From the human T2T-CHM13v2.0 reference genome, Homo sapiens, in NCBI RefSeq assembly GCF_009914755.1, contig NC_060935.1: DNA of 64,000 bases. One strand, given 5' to 3'. The notes under the pieces were generated by a model. It was not told the origin of the DNA, ran no database searches, and saw only the letters and a program-made list of their open reading frames with translations. Positions 32,881 through 50,709 of the stretch are shown piece after piece; the stretch's first letter is position 1, and every line of letters starts with the position of its first letter. Position numbers and translations under genes: made by a program.

Positions 32881-33708
32881 AATACAATAAAAAATAAACA
32901 AAGGAGTTCCTTCACAGAAAGAGAGAGTTGTACAGTGGTTGTCAGGGGTCTGGGAATGGGGCAAATGAGGTGATATTTGTCAAAGTGTATACACTTTCAG
33001 TTATAAGATGAACAAGTTCTGGGGATCTAATGTACAGTGTGGGTAATGACAGATGTGTTAACTAATTTGATTATGATAATCTGTTACACAATGTATACAT
33101 GTATCAAATCATCATGTCGTATACCCTGAATATATACAATCTTCTTTTGTTGTTGTTCTTCGAGACAAGGTCTTTCTCTGTCACCTAGGCTGGAGGGCTG
33201 TAGTCGATCATGGCTCACTGCAATTTTAAACTCCTGGGCTCAAGCAATCCTACCTTGGCCTCTTAAAGTGTTGGGATTACAGGTGTGAACTACCACACCC
33301 GGCCTATACAATCTTTGTTTATCAAGTAAGTATTGAAAAAAAAAAAAAAAAAAGAATTCTTGGCTGGGTACTGAGGCATGCTCCTCTAGTCCCAGTTACT
33401 TGGCAGGCTGAAGTGGCGGATCCCTTGAGCCTAGGAGTTCAAGATGAGCTCAGGCATCATAACGAGACCTCCATCTCTTAAATATAAAGTTCTTTAAAAG
33501 CAAAACAAACAAAAAAACCCCAGTATTTTCCAGAGTGGCTCATAAACTAAAAGGCTCCGTAAAGTTCAACTGAAAAACAAACCTGCTTCTGCAAGCACTA
33601 AATCTGAAAAAAAAAAAAAAAAAAGAAAAAAAAGAAAAAGAAAAACACACCTGTTTAGTTATGTTGCCTAAACTTATTTGATAATATAACTTCTTTTGTT
33701 GGTCATCT

Positions 33709-33999
33709 TTTTTTTTTTTTTTGAGATGGAGTCTCGCTGTTGCCGAGGCTGGAATGCAGTGGTGATCTCTGCTCACTGCAGACTCTGCCCCCCGGGTTCA
33801 TGCCATTCTCCTGCCTCAGCCTCCTGAGTAGCTGGGACTACAGGCGCCCGCCACCTCACCCAGCTAATTTTTTGTATTTTTAGTAGAGACGGGGTTTCAC
33901 CATGTTAGCCAGGATGGTCTCGATCTCCTGACCTTGTGATCCACCCGCCTCAGCCTCCCAAAGTACTGGGATTACAGGTGTGAGCCACCGCACCCAGCC
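33709..33999 (-). mobile_element. AluY
   Basis: AluY diagnostics; TSD tggtcatctttt. Confidence 0.9.
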
Positions 34000-34509
34000 T
34001 GGTCATCTTTTAATGTCATTCAGAATATATTTTGGAAAACACAGAACTAGTTGACTTTTACAGTAATATTCTTTTTTTAAAAATTCACTTTTTTTTTTTT
34101 TTTTTTGGGTAGAGACAGGGTCTCACTGTATTGCCCAGGCTGGTCTTGAACTTTGGGGCTCAAGCAATCTGCCTGCCTTGGCCTCCCAAAGTGCTGGAAT
34201 TATAGGCGTGAGCCCCAACACCTGGTCTCTACAGTAATAGTCTATGATTATCTTTCTTTTTTAGAATTTTCATCTTCCTAAACGTGGGAGACTCCTTTAT
34301 AACCCTTTAGTCACTGCTATTCCAAATGATAAAATTTATTTTTATTCTTAATTAATTCCGTTTTAAGTATCTCAACAAGATTCAGCAAACATCAAAATCT
34401 TAAGTCTGTGTACAAATGAGCAAATGCCATATTTTGCTAATAAGAGAATTAAGATGATTTTGAAAGATTCTTAACACAGTAAGCTAAAGACAAGAAGGAA
34501 GCATTTTCA

Positions 34510-34641
<132 letters not shown>

Positions 34642-36817
34642 TCAATACAATGGAGCTGCTAACTAGTTCATTTTAAAACCAGAAAAAGCGTACTCCTATA
34701 TCACACTGTGAGGTCATGAATAATCAGGAATTAAGGCTGATCTAATCCTATGAAAGAATGATCTGCCTGAAGACAAGTAACCATTCAATAACCTCAACTC
34801 CTCATCTACTTGCAATATACACAGTGAAGCTAGTCACTTAAGCAAGTAAAGATTATTCTCTGAATCCATGATATGCCAATGCCCTATTAAAAGACTACAA
34901 CAGCAAAATACTTTTTCCTAAAATTCACCATTAATTCATTTATTTATCCAACAGACATATACTTGGCACCTACTAGGCACTACACACAATTCTAGGCACT
35001 GGAGATAAAAATAAAGCTCAGCCTTCATGGAGACAATGTGCGTGCGCGCATGTGTGTGTCAGAGAGAGAGAGAGCGAGAGATGCAGGTGAGGAGAGAGTA
35101 GACAGATAAATAAACAAGTAGCTATTCGTGCTATGAAGAAAAATAAAGTGGAATAAGAAGGCAGAGGGGGTTTGGGGTGCCATTTTAGATATGATGGTCA
35201 AGAAAGGCCTAAGTTTGTGACATTTGAACAGAAGCGTGCACCGAGTAAGGAAATGAACCATAGAAGTATCTTGGGAGGAGTATTCCAGGCAAAAGGAACA
35301 GCAAGTACAAGGACCTGAAGTGAGAAACAGTTTGGCTTGTTCACAGAACAAAAAGGGCAGTCAGCGTGACTAGAGCATACTGAACAAGAGGAAGAATGCA
35401 CAGGAAATTACATAGGAAAGGCAGTCAGAAGTCAGATCACATGGACTCTTTCAGGTCATAGTAAGGGCCTGGTAATATATTCTAAGCATTATAAGACTAT
35501 GTAGGAAAATACTGATTCTCTCCATGAGACACCCTCATGCCTAAAGTAAGTCAAAGCAAGTATTTGTTTTAATTTAACTATGTGAATAGGTAACTTGTCT
35601 ACATAGTTTTAAAAAAAATCAAGATGTATAAGAGTATACATCTCCCTTCCATTGCGGTTCCAGAGAAACCTAGTTCCTTTCCTTTCACACAATCACTGTT
35701 ATTGGTATTGTGAACATCCCTCTAGAGGATTTTATTTATACAGATAATGTAAATAATACACAATCTTCCTTTTTTACAGATGTCATACATAACATACACA
35801 CTCTTTCACACCTAATTTTACTAATATACCTTGCAGATCTGTGTGTATATGAAGACATTCTTCACTTTTTGTATTACATAATATTCTATTTTGTGGATGT
35901 GTCATAATTAGTTAACCAGTGACCTGATATTTCACGTTCTAATCTTTTGCTATTATAAAACATGCCTATATATACCTATTTAATATTACAAAGTTATTAT
36001 ACACTGATTTTTCACATGCAAAAGTGGAATTATTAGATGAAAATTTGCAATTTTTATATTTTCTGAAAGGTTTTGCCAAAGATATTGCCCCCTTTTATAT
36101 CAATTTATACCCACCAGTAACATGAAAGTGTCAGGTTGCTTGTAAATTACAGGTAAAATACTGCATCAGTATTTTGGATTTTTTTTTTTTTTTTTTTTTT
36201 ACAAAAAAATCTACAAACTTCCTGAAAGACCTTGAGCTCAAAAAATAATTTATCCAGCACAAACTTGTTCTCTGAAGCAAAAATGAAGTTCATATCCATA
36301 ACAACTAACCAGAAAGAGTTGTATTGTGTCATACAGTACAATAAAGCCCCTAAAGCTATGTTTTGAAAGACAGGTTTTTTCCTAAGAATCTATTCAAATT
36401 AAAATCTAGTAATAACAATAGGTAATTTCTAAGGTAATAATGGTGGTGGCAGTGGTGTTGGTAGTAGCAGTAATAACGATTTTAAAATTAGCATTTTACA
36501 GAAGGGAAGCAGAAGGTTAGAGAGGATCAATAACTTTCCAAAGGTTACTCATGTAAGTAAATAGTAAATCTTGATCTGCTGACTCCAGAGTATAAGCTTT
36601 TAACGGCTAAGATAATGACTGAAACACTTAGAGTTTCATATGTTCCATCAAAACAAAAGAAAATGGGCTCAACTGATTCTACCACTTCATCTGATTCTAC
36701 TACTAGCTATGTAAGTCACTTCAACGTAGTGAAAGCATGTTATTAATTTTTGTAATGTATTATACAAACATTTAAAAATTAAGTATTTGCACTTGTAAAA
36801 TAAGGAGATTGAACTAT

Positions 36818-37211
36818 CTTTTTTTTTCTTTTTTTTCTTTTATTATTATACTTTAAGTTTTAGGGTACATGTGCACATTGTGCAGGTTAGTTACATATGT
36901 ATACATGTGCCATGCTGGTGCGCTGCACCCACTAACTCGTCATCTAGCATTACGTACATCTCCCAATGCTATCCCTCCCCCCTCCCCCCACCCCACCACA
37001 GTCCCCAGAGTGTGATGTTCCCCTTCCTGTGTCCATGTGATCTCATTGTTCAATTCCCACCTATGAGTGAGAATATGCGGTGTTTGGTTTTTTGTTCTTG
37101 CGATAGTTTACTGAGAATGATGATTTCCAATTTCATCCACGTCCCTACAAAGGACATGAACTCATCATTTTTTATGGCTGCATAGTATTCCATGGTGTAT
37201 ATGTGCCACAT
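36818..37211 (-). mobile_element. Young L1 3' end (L1PA2-type), about 390 bp, sense to NARS2
   Basis: Near-consensus primate L1 3' UTR with GAG at the Ta diagnostic site (cccactaactcgtcatc on +) and an A-rich tail. Confidence 0.88.
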
Positions 37212-40089
37212 AAAGTTCTTTTCTGCTTAGGCATTCTATTGTTCTATTATATCAATTACTTGGTATCATCTACCAATCACACTGAGAAATATGAGAGCAG
37301 TCAAAATAATAAGCAGTAAGATTTTGTACCATTGGTATGTTACTGTTTCATTATTAAGAAATGACTCTCATGTCTAAATATCTCCTGTTATTCCACGTCT
37401 TCCACTCCACTCCCCAATACCTTCATTAGAGGCAGAACTTTCAAGTTCAAATTACAGTTCTGACATTTGATATCCTTAATGGCTTCCATCAACTCTATTA
37501 AGTATTTTTCTTGATATGTATAGAAAATAATATCTCTTCTCCTTTCCAGAAACTGTTTCCAAAGTACTTTGAGGAAAGGAGGAAAAAACACTGTGGTAGA
37601 GAATGATACAGCATCAAACTACCTTCATATTCCACATTTTTCATTGCTGAATAAAGAAAATTCATTATTCTGAAGCTGTTAAGAGTAAAATTGCTCAACT
37701 ACAAAGATAATTATTGTCATCCTTCGCCTCAAATTCACACACAAAGATAAATGAAGAGCAAATAAAAAAGGTAAGTACTCTACATTTTCAGAACCATAAT
37801 AATATAAAGGAAATGTAAAATAAACTGAATACAATTTCTGCATAAAGGCTAAATTCCATTACTACACGAGTTGCTGAAACAGCACATTTTCATATAAAAT
37901 AATTGTAACAGGTAGTGAAAAATACACTGAAATCTACTCAAAAGAATACAAGTCACATGGTATCTATACAGATTCAATAACTAACAGTGCAGTCTGCATA
38001 AAGGACAACAGTTTCTCTTTCGCCATCTCCCTGTTTTTTCTTTTCTCTTTACTGTTTTTAGGATTAACTCAATAGTAGATTCAGCTACACCAGTATTTTC
38101 AGAAGTTTCAGTGCCAATGCCTTAAAAGGCATGTAACAGCAGAAAGGTGATGCCAAAGTGGTAGAGAGGGCACCACCACACAATCTATTTCTCAACTTGA
38201 TACCTCTGATGTTGATGACTTAATAATCACTGTCATCAGACCAGCACCATCTCATTATGCTTTCAGTGGCTACCCCGCACATTTTAACATGCATATCTGA
38301 CTTAACAGTCTAAAGCAGCCGGGTGTGGTGGCCTGCACCAGTTGTCTCAGTTACTCGGGAGGCTGAGGCAGGAGGATTGCTTGAGCCCAGGAGTTCAAGG
38401 CTGCAGTGAGCTATGATCACACCACTGCCCTCCAGCCTGGAAAACACAGCAAGGTCCTGTCTCTTAAAAACAAAAAGTCTAAAGTTCACCAGTTTCTCTC
38501 TCTTCCTTTCAAACAACAAAAGGACTAACATTTCAACTATCAACGTGCCTCTCCAGTTTTACAAGTTATTGCTGCCCAGTATTTCAGTTCTAAGGTAACA
38601 GGTATTTTCTTTCAACTATGTGAAGATACTATTTTATCAATCTATTGTCATTACTGTTCTTTGAACTTCTTGGGAATCTAATGCTGTTTGTTATGTCTGC
38701 TGTTCTTGCTCATGGTAGGTATTTCCCTGTGTATTTGGAGTGTGAGATTATCTTCAGTAGAGTTTGTTTTGAGAATATCATGCCACTTGGGTTGAGGGTA
38801 CAAACTTCAAGTTTGGTTTTATATTGATTTCTATAGCTACTCCAGCATTATCACCAACTGAAGACAATTTTTTATTTTAATGCCCTGGCATGAAGATTCT
38901 TGAACTACACAGGAAACATAAATTCAAACTCTAGGCTCACTTAAGGGCCAACTGTGGCTGCAAATTCTCAATGAAGACTATTTCTGTTTTGTCTCTATCC
39001 TTAAGCCCAGGCTAAAGCAGATATACTTCTACACTTCTTTGTAAATTCTCTATGCTGGCTAGCTCAATTTTCTGTTTGTTTGCTTATTTTCTAATTGGCC
39101 CTTTCATTAAGGGTGTAGTCCTTGACCAGTTCTAGCTTTGTGTGTATATCTGTGCATGCATTTCAGGGGATATCTTGATTCTAATTCATTCTGCTACGTC
39201 TATTCTCATGTCATCTCATTGCTGTTAAAATCTCTGGTTTCAAAAACTGGAAAATCGCCCTCCAGCTTCCCTACCCTACACCCTGAGAATCCTCAGCATC
39301 ACACCAACTGTCCATATCACTCTGGTGTTTGGTTCCTTCTTCATTTCTAGCACCTGGAACTTCTCCTACTTTCTAGTGAATTCAACAACGTATTTAAAAG
39401 AATCTTATAATATTTTAAGTATTATTTTTAGATGTTTTGCAGAAAGAGTGTTTTCAAATTACCTAGTCTGACATATTGCTTTTAACAGTATTGTCATTAA
39501 ATCCTTTCAACAATATAAGGCAGAGTATTTTTTTATAGATGAGGAAACTGAAGTTCAGAAAAGTTAAAGATTCACTATTAATCAAGTTCATAGTCGTAAT
39601 TACATTATTCATATAAATATTTAACTGTTCATCTTTTTCTCTAGATTTTCAACTCCATAAAAAAATAAATCAATGTTTGTTTTCATTATTCTCAAGAACT
39701 AGCAAAGTGCCTAACTCATATTAGGCAGTCAATAAATATTTGTTAAAAAATAATAATTTACTCATTAATGGCTAGTAAATGGTAGGGCCAGGATTAGAAT
39801 CCAGGTTTTCTGAATCATGGTTCACTACCCTCAGTGACTGAAATAAATAGTGATATTAGCCAATAAGAAACCTCAGGAGAGGATCCAGCCTAAAGAATAC
39901 CTTTACAGCCACAGTTACTCAAGTCACTTGTTTGTCCACTCAATTACTCAGTATTTACTGAGTTCCTGTTAAAGGCACTGGGCTAAGTCCTGGGGGTATA
40001 AGAGTAAGCAATTTAAACATAGCCTCTGACATCACAGAGGTAGTAGATACCAATCAAATAATCACACATATACATTTATTTAAAAATGT

Positions 40090-40875
40090 CTGAATTTTTA
40101 ATTGACAAATATTTTATGTATTTACAGGATACAATGTGTTTTTGGTATTATACACTGTGGGATGAATATATCAAGGTAATTAACATATCTATCGTCTCAC
40201 ATGCTTCACTTTTTTTTTTGCAGTGAGAAGATTTAAAATCTACTCCTTTAGCAATTTTGAGATATACATTACAATTAATTATGGTCACTTTGTTATGCAA
40301 TAAATCCTGAACACTTATTCCTCTGGTCTAACTGAAACTTTGTACCCCTTGGACAATTTCTTTCCATTCCCTTCAAGAACCCCTCACCGGCCACTGGTAA
40401 CTACCATTCTACTCACTACTTCTGTAGTGTTAACTTTATTACATTTCACATCAAAGTGAATCATGCAGTATTTGTCTTTCTGTGCCTAGCTTCTTTCACT
40501 TAGCATTAAGTCTTCCAGGTTGATCCATGCTGTCACAAATAAGATTTCCTTTGAATAGTATTCCACTGTGTATATATATACACATTTACTTTATCCAGTC
40601 ACCTACTGATGGACACTTAGGTTGATTCCATATCTTGGCTACTATGAATAGTGCTGCAAAGAACATGTAAGTGCAGATATCTCTTTGACATACTGACTTC
40701 AGTTCTGCATATGTACCCAGAGGTAGGATGGCTGAATCATATGGTAAATATACTTTTGGTTTTTTGAGAAACCTCCCATACTATCCTCCATAATAGCTCT
40801 ACTAATTTACATTGCCACTAACAGTTATAAAAGGGTTCCCAAGCGCCACATCTTTGCCAACACCTGTTATCATTT

Positions 40876-40909
<34 letters not shown>

Positions 40910-41320
40910 AGACAAGGTCTTGCTCTGTCTCCCAGGCTGGAGTGCAGCAGCGTCTGTGATCATAGCTCACTGAAAACTCAACCTCCTGGGCTTAGGCAAT
41001 CCTCCCACCTTAGTCTCCTGAGTAGCTGGCACTACAGGCACATGTCACCACACCTGACTAATTTATTTATTTATTTTTTGTAGAGACAGGGTCTCACTAA
41101 GTTGGCCAGGGTGGTCCTGAACTCCTGGGTTCAAGTGATCCTCCCACCTCAGCCTCCCAAAGTGCTGAGACTACAGGCATGAGCCAACGTGTCTCATTCT
41201 ACTTTTTGATAACAGCCATTCTAACAGGTGTGAGTGGTTATCTCAGTGCGGTTTTAATTTGCATTTTATTGATTAGTGATGTTGGACACTTTTTGATAAA
41301 CCTATTGGCCATCTGTATCT
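40090..41320 (-). mobile_element. L1MA 3' portion with a nested AluJ (about 40879-41192)
   Basis: Reverse L1 3' UTR/ORF2 end motifs (gatggacacttaggttgattccatatcttggc). Confidence 0.8.
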
Positions 41321-41334
41321 TACACAAATGTAAA

Positions 41335-41960
41335 ACATTTGTGATGTCTGCCTGCCTGAGCAAAGCATGGGGGTGGATGCTGAGGCTAGGTGGGGTGGCT
41401 GCCCTGTAGGGGCTCAAACCAGATAGACTTTCCTACTGAGCTTCTGCAGCAACCAGCTAGGCTTTGTAAATGGGCTATGCCACTGGCTGGTATCTCTGAT
41501 CAGGTGCTACTGCTGGCAGGAACACAGCTATGACTAAGATCCGTGTACTGGTTGCTGTGAGCACTGCCCCACTCCTTTGTTCCTACTTGACCCCTGGTAG
41601 TCTAGGCCTTACCCCCAGGGTTCCCTGTGAGACAGGAATGGGCCTCCTAGGAAGCATCACAGAATGCTGGGGAAACTGGATAGCTGTCTCTTTTTCCACT
41701 GCATTAACTGTGTGCCAAGGGGAATCTTCTGTGTGTGGTATTGTGCCTACTTAGGGAAGGGAGGATTCAGTCAAACTGAGACCATTGCTCCTACCCTTCT
41801 AATGCACTTTTTGCTCTGTGGTCCATCTGCGTGTCTCAATTTCATTCCCAAATTTTGGGATTTTCAAAAAGGTGTTCTTGTATGTGACTAGTTGCCAAAT
41901 GGACTTTCTGTGGTGAAGGCTGGGACCCTCTATTCATCATCTTGCTGATGTCCCTCTCCC
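41335..41960 (-). mobile_element. Probable old L1 5'-end fragment
   Basis: Minus strand begins ggggagagggacatcagcaagatgatgaatag, resembling the AAGATGGCGGAATAG start of L1 5' UTRs. Confidence 0.45.
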
Positions 41961-42847
41961 CACAAATTTAAACTGCAACTATGATTTGTAGTATGCAGAA
42001 TGGATTATGACAATGACAATGATTGAAATGGCGCAGCCCAAGAGGACATTTTCCAACCTTAACATTTTATGGACAAGGACTCCAAAGCACAAGAGTTAAG
42101 TGACATGTAAGAGTCGTAATGATAGTGGGGCAGCTACAACCACTCTACCCTTAATTCCAGTACCCTCCCAAATATATGAAAATCTCAGGTTAAAAGTCTG
42201 AGCTTTGAAATCAGATGAACATGAGCTTGAATCACCATTTCATCTTTTACTCAACCTCTTTGCAGGGATTCTCCATCTGTAGAATGAGAATAATAACTAC
42301 TTGGAGTTGTGAAGATAAAATGAGCTACTGATGTATGTAAATTTTATCACTGTCTGGGTAAATATTCAACAAATGGTGAATATTATTTCTGCATTTTGAA
42401 TCTTTTCATTAGATAGGAGCTGGAAAACTAAGATCCTTCCCTGGTTGTTTTGTCACCAGCAGAGATTCCTTGAGAAGGCCAAATTACTTCTTTCTTCATC
42501 TACTTAATGACCACTTTTATCAATATACTCATGCCCAAGACTGTCTTATAAAACTCCAGACCCACACTTTCAGTTGCCTATCCAACATCTATGGCTGGAT
42601 ATCTGAAAAGCATCTCAATCTTAACATGTCTGTGTTCCCGATACCACCCCTTCCTCTCAAAGCTCCTGCCCCAATACTCTCTTAAGCATTTCCCAATTTC
42701 AGTTAATAGCAACTTCATTTTTGCAGCTGTAGGAGAAAAAAAACCTTGAAGTCACCCTTAACTCCTCTCTCTCACCCTCAGTAAATCCTGTTTGTTCTAT
42801 CTCTAAAATATATTCGGAATAGGAGAACTCTTGCCACCATCCTGGTC

Positions 42848-43286
42848 TGTGATGGTTAATTTTGTGTCAACTTGGCTGCGCCATGGTCTCCAGATATTTG
42901 GTCAAATAGTATTCTGAATGCTTCTAAGAAGGTGTTTTTTGGATGAAATTAATGTCTAAATCAGTGGACTTTGAAAAAAGCAGATCATATTACCCTTCAT
43001 AATGTGGGTGGGCTAAATCCAATCAGTTGAAGATTTTGCTAAGACAGAGACTAATCTCCTCCTGAGAAAGAAGGAATTCTGCCAGCAGACTGCCTTTGGA
43101 CTTGAATGGCAACTCTTCCTTGACTCTCCAGCTTGTCCACCTACCCCGAGACTTTAAATGCAACAAGCATCTACAATTACGTGAGCCAATTCTTTAGAAT
43201 AATCTCTCAATCTCTCTCTCTATCTCCACACACACACCCCGCCCTCAAACGTGGTTGGTCGTGTTTCTCTGGAGAACTCTAATACA
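42848..43286 (+). mobile_element. MLT2 (ERVL) LTR nested in L2
   Basis: tgtgatggttaattttgtgtcaacttgg ... ctggagaactctaataca. Confidence 0.85.
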
Positions 43287-43735
43287 CAGTCCAAATCATC
43301 ATTAACTCTCACGCAGATCACTGTGGTAATCTCTTAGTTTTCTGTTCCTGAATTCTTGTCTTGTTGTAACCTACACTGAGCATGGTTTTTACAGTTTTTT
43401 AAATCAAGCCAAATTTTGATGACTAAAGTTAGTATAAGTTTGAATTATAGTTACATAGTTAATAGTTACTAGATTTTATCTTGCTATGATTTATTAATTT
43501 ATTGATGAAACACTGATTATCAACTATGAACCAAACACAAGAGCTATAAAAATAATTAGAACATGGGTCTTGCCTGGAATCTGGGGAGTGTCTATATATA
43601 GACATATAATATGTCTATATATATATCCTATATATATAGGATCTATATAAGCAGATATAAATTTAAAAAATTATAATATAGTGTGATAAATACAGTGATA
43701 ATGAATAAAGTTCAAAAAGTATAACATCTACTTAC

Positions 43736-43773
43736 ATTAAAAAGTTGTTTTTTAGCATATGTTCTAATCTGTC
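43736..43773 (-). CDS. NARS2: NARS2 coding exon (exon 9, 38 nt): DRLEHMLKNNFL(I)
   Basis: Acceptor tttttattaag|G, donor AAT|gtaagt; preceded by a 109-nt intron; phase 0-2. Confidence 0.95.
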
Positions 43774-43834
43774 CTTAATAAAAAGACAAAAAAGAAAATT
43801 TTAAAAATATAATTTTATTCATTATGTATAATTA

Positions 43835-43981
<147 letters not shown>

Positions 43982-44597
43982 CTAAGAGAAATGAAATAGA
44001 ATCACCTGACACGTAAGCAATTTTACATGAAAAACCTGTTCAGGACTCAATAAGGACCGCATTCCAGGCTTTAGCAACTATAAATCCACCAAGTCTTTTA
44101 ATCCTTGAATGTACCATGGAAAATTGGTTCAGTTTTCCAGGCATCTCAATTTCCTTGGTGGGTGGCAGGGAGGAAGAAAAAAGGAAATGTTTTAATCTTA
44201 TGTTGACAGTTTCAATGCTGGTAAAGAAGTGAGATGTCAAATGAACAGCTGTAACTCATCAATGCCTCTCTAAATTTCAATAAACTCACTGGTAGAATCA
44301 GGGTAATAATAGCACCTAACTTACAGGATGTTTGAGAGAATTAAATGAGATAAACCATGTGTCACACTTAGCTTAGTACTGGCTCAGAGAAACACACAAC
44401 AAACATCAGTTGTTGTGAACTGTAAGAACATTTTGAAAAGTGGTTCATTCGCTCATTGGTAAATGAAAGTCAACTTTAAAATTACAGAAATGATGATATA
44501 TCTAAATATAAATATATACATTTTTGCTTTGCTAATGGCCAAAATAAAAATAACATAAAACAGCATACAGCAAAAATCAGTATATAAGAACTTATTC

Positions 44598-44826
44598 TCA
44601 AGACCAGCCTAGGCAACATGGCAAAACTCTGTCTCTACAAAAATAAAAAGAAAAATTAGCTGGGCATAGTGGTGTGTGCACCTGTAGTCCCAGATCCTCA
44701 GGAGGCTGAGTTGGGAGGATCACTTGAGCCTGCGAGGTTGAGGCTACAGTGAGCCATGATCACGCCACTGCAACTCCAGCCTAGGTGACAGAGTGAGATC
44801 CTGTCTCAAAAAACAACAAAAAAAAG
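44598..44826 (+). mobile_element. 5'-truncated AluJ
   Basis: Alu consensus from caagaccagcct onward. Confidence 0.82.
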
Positions 44827-45199
44827 TATTCTACCATGGGTGCCCATAGGAGACTCATAATAGAAGCTTGTTCTTAGAAGGAAAAAAGTGACTGGAATGA
44901 AAAATATTTCTAAAATGTTTTTATTCACAACTAACATTCTTGGTTTTAAATCAACAAGACAATATTACGTCTTCTAAATGGTGTATTCATAAAGGTGCAC
45001 ATATGTATAAAGTAGAGGCTGCCTTAAAGGCAGGTATCTTCTCTTCCTCTGTTGCATACCAGTAGATCCTCTTGAGGCTGGAAGCATAGTGAAGGCGTAA
45101 CTGTCTATTGAAGTACATTAATATAACCAGATATAGGAAAACACTTAAATACCAGTGACAACCAGATCTATTTCATGATGTTTCAGTCATTGTTAGTGT

Positions 45200-45852
45200 T
45201 ATTTATTTATTTATGAGACAAGGTCTTGCTCTGTCACCCAGGTTGGAGGGCAGTGGTATAATCACAGCTCACTGCTGCCTTGATCTCCTGGGATCAAGCG
45301 ATCCTCCTGCCTCAGCCAACTGAGTAACTGGGACCACAGGCATGCATCACCACACCCAGCTAATTTTTTTGATATTTAGTAGAGATTAGGTCTCGCTATA
45401 TTGCCCAGACTGGTCTCGAACTCCTAAGCTCAAGCGATCCTCCCTTCTCAGCCTCCCATAGTACGAGGATTATAGGCATGAGCCACTGCACCTGGCCTAG
45501 TGGCATTTGCTCTAGACATCTTGCTAAGCTATACTGCATTCCTGGTTTATTTTCTTACATTTTATTTATTTATTGTTTTTTTAGATGGAGTCTTGCTCTC
45601 TCACGCAGGCAGTGGTGCAATGGCTCACTGTAGCCTCTGCCTCCTGGGTTCAAGCAATTGTCCTGCCTCAGCCTCCTTAGCAGCTGTGATTACAGGTGTG
45701 TGTCACCACGCCTAGATAATTTTTCTATTTTCAGTGGAGATGGGGTTTCACCATGTTGGCCAGGCTGGTCTTGAACTCTTGACCTCAGGTGATCTGCCCA
45801 CCTTGGCCTCTTAAAGTGTGGGGATTATAGGTGTGAGCCACTGCGCCCAGCC
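45200..45852 (-). mobile_element. AluJ (about 45200-45497) and AluS (about 45560-45852)
   Basis: Alu consensus; second element flanked by tattttcttacatt. Confidence 0.85.
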
Positions 45853-46096
45853 TATTTTCTTACATTCTATTACTATGGTCATTTATTTTTCCAACCAACA
45901 TGTATATCTAATTAAGTAAAAAAAAAAAAAAATTGGTGAGCATGTGGCTATTTAAGGCACTGATCACATAAAATAGTAATGACAACTAATTTGGGGGGGG
46001 TGGGAAAAAAGAATCAAAAGACTAGATAATAGTAAAGATAAATCTGAAGGGAATAAGCAGAATTAAAGTAAACTTTCTAAGGATCTTGTATCCTAA

Positions 46097-46418
<322 letters not shown>

Positions 46419-47531
46419 TAACTTTTTATTTCATGTAAAAAATATAAGGTAAACCACTAAAATAATAAAAACAGAATGTATAGATTCTAAACTATTGGAG
46501 GAAAAGAAAGGAAAATAAAGAAAACCACATGAATCCAATGGGGAGGGTGAGAGGGGTATAGGGGTAAGGAATAACTTGATGAAAGGAGAACAACAGGAAG
46601 CTAAAGATCCTTCACCTTGAGCCTGTATCACCTTCAATTCAGCAGTGAGATAAATAAATTACTAAGTAACATAATGATTTATGCAGGCTCATATGCCTCA
46701 ATCACTTAAACAAAGCTAATACACATTGGGAGGAATAAAGAGCAGGTGGATTAGATGATATGCCTGCACTGTTGAGGGACACAGTACACCCATTTGTAAG
46801 ATGAAGACTTTGACCACTGGGGTTGTTAAATCATTGTCTTTCCTGAGAAGTACATTTCCAGCAGAATAAGAAAATCTCTGGCTGCCCTAATCTTGACATT
46901 CACAATATACTCCACAAATAAGTTGAAAAAAACCCAGAAACCTAACAGAAGGGTTAGCGTAACTCAGATGTCTTAAAAATGTTAGTTAGTTGTACTATAA
47001 CAGCAATACCTAATTGCTTATAGCTCATAAGGGGAAAATATTCTTTGTTAGAACATTCTGATTTAAGAGACCACTCTGTATAAAGATGCTAATTTCCAAG
47101 GAAAGTAATTTGTAAAAGGAAGAAAATTAAGAGACGCAGATTACTTTTGGGGACAGCACACTTTTTTCTAGTCTTCAGGAAAAAAGTGTATATCACAATT
47201 AACTAAATCATTCAAGAACGGTATATACCCTGACTACCACCAGCGGAGTACCAAATAAATAAGAACTGGAGTAGCAAATCATGACACCAAAACATGAATA
47301 TTCTTAAGTGTCAATTTATTATTAGTTTCATGAAGATCAACACTAAGACTCATGAAATTAGTCAGAAACCTTTGTGTGTAATTATGTAATGAACTATCCA
47401 AGCTGGGACACTTTTGAGAGTCAAAAGAAATATTAATAATTAAACCACTTTATTTCTCTAGCTGTCCAAGATGAAATAAATTGACTACAACCTATCTCTC
47501 TAAACAATTATAACTTAAAAATATGGTCAGA

Positions 47532-50709
<3,178 letters not shown>

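Noticed and set aside
35037-35080. Alternating purine-pyrimidine and GA tract (Z-DNA potential)
   Set aside because: Short microsatellite within an L2 remnant, with no other supporting signal.
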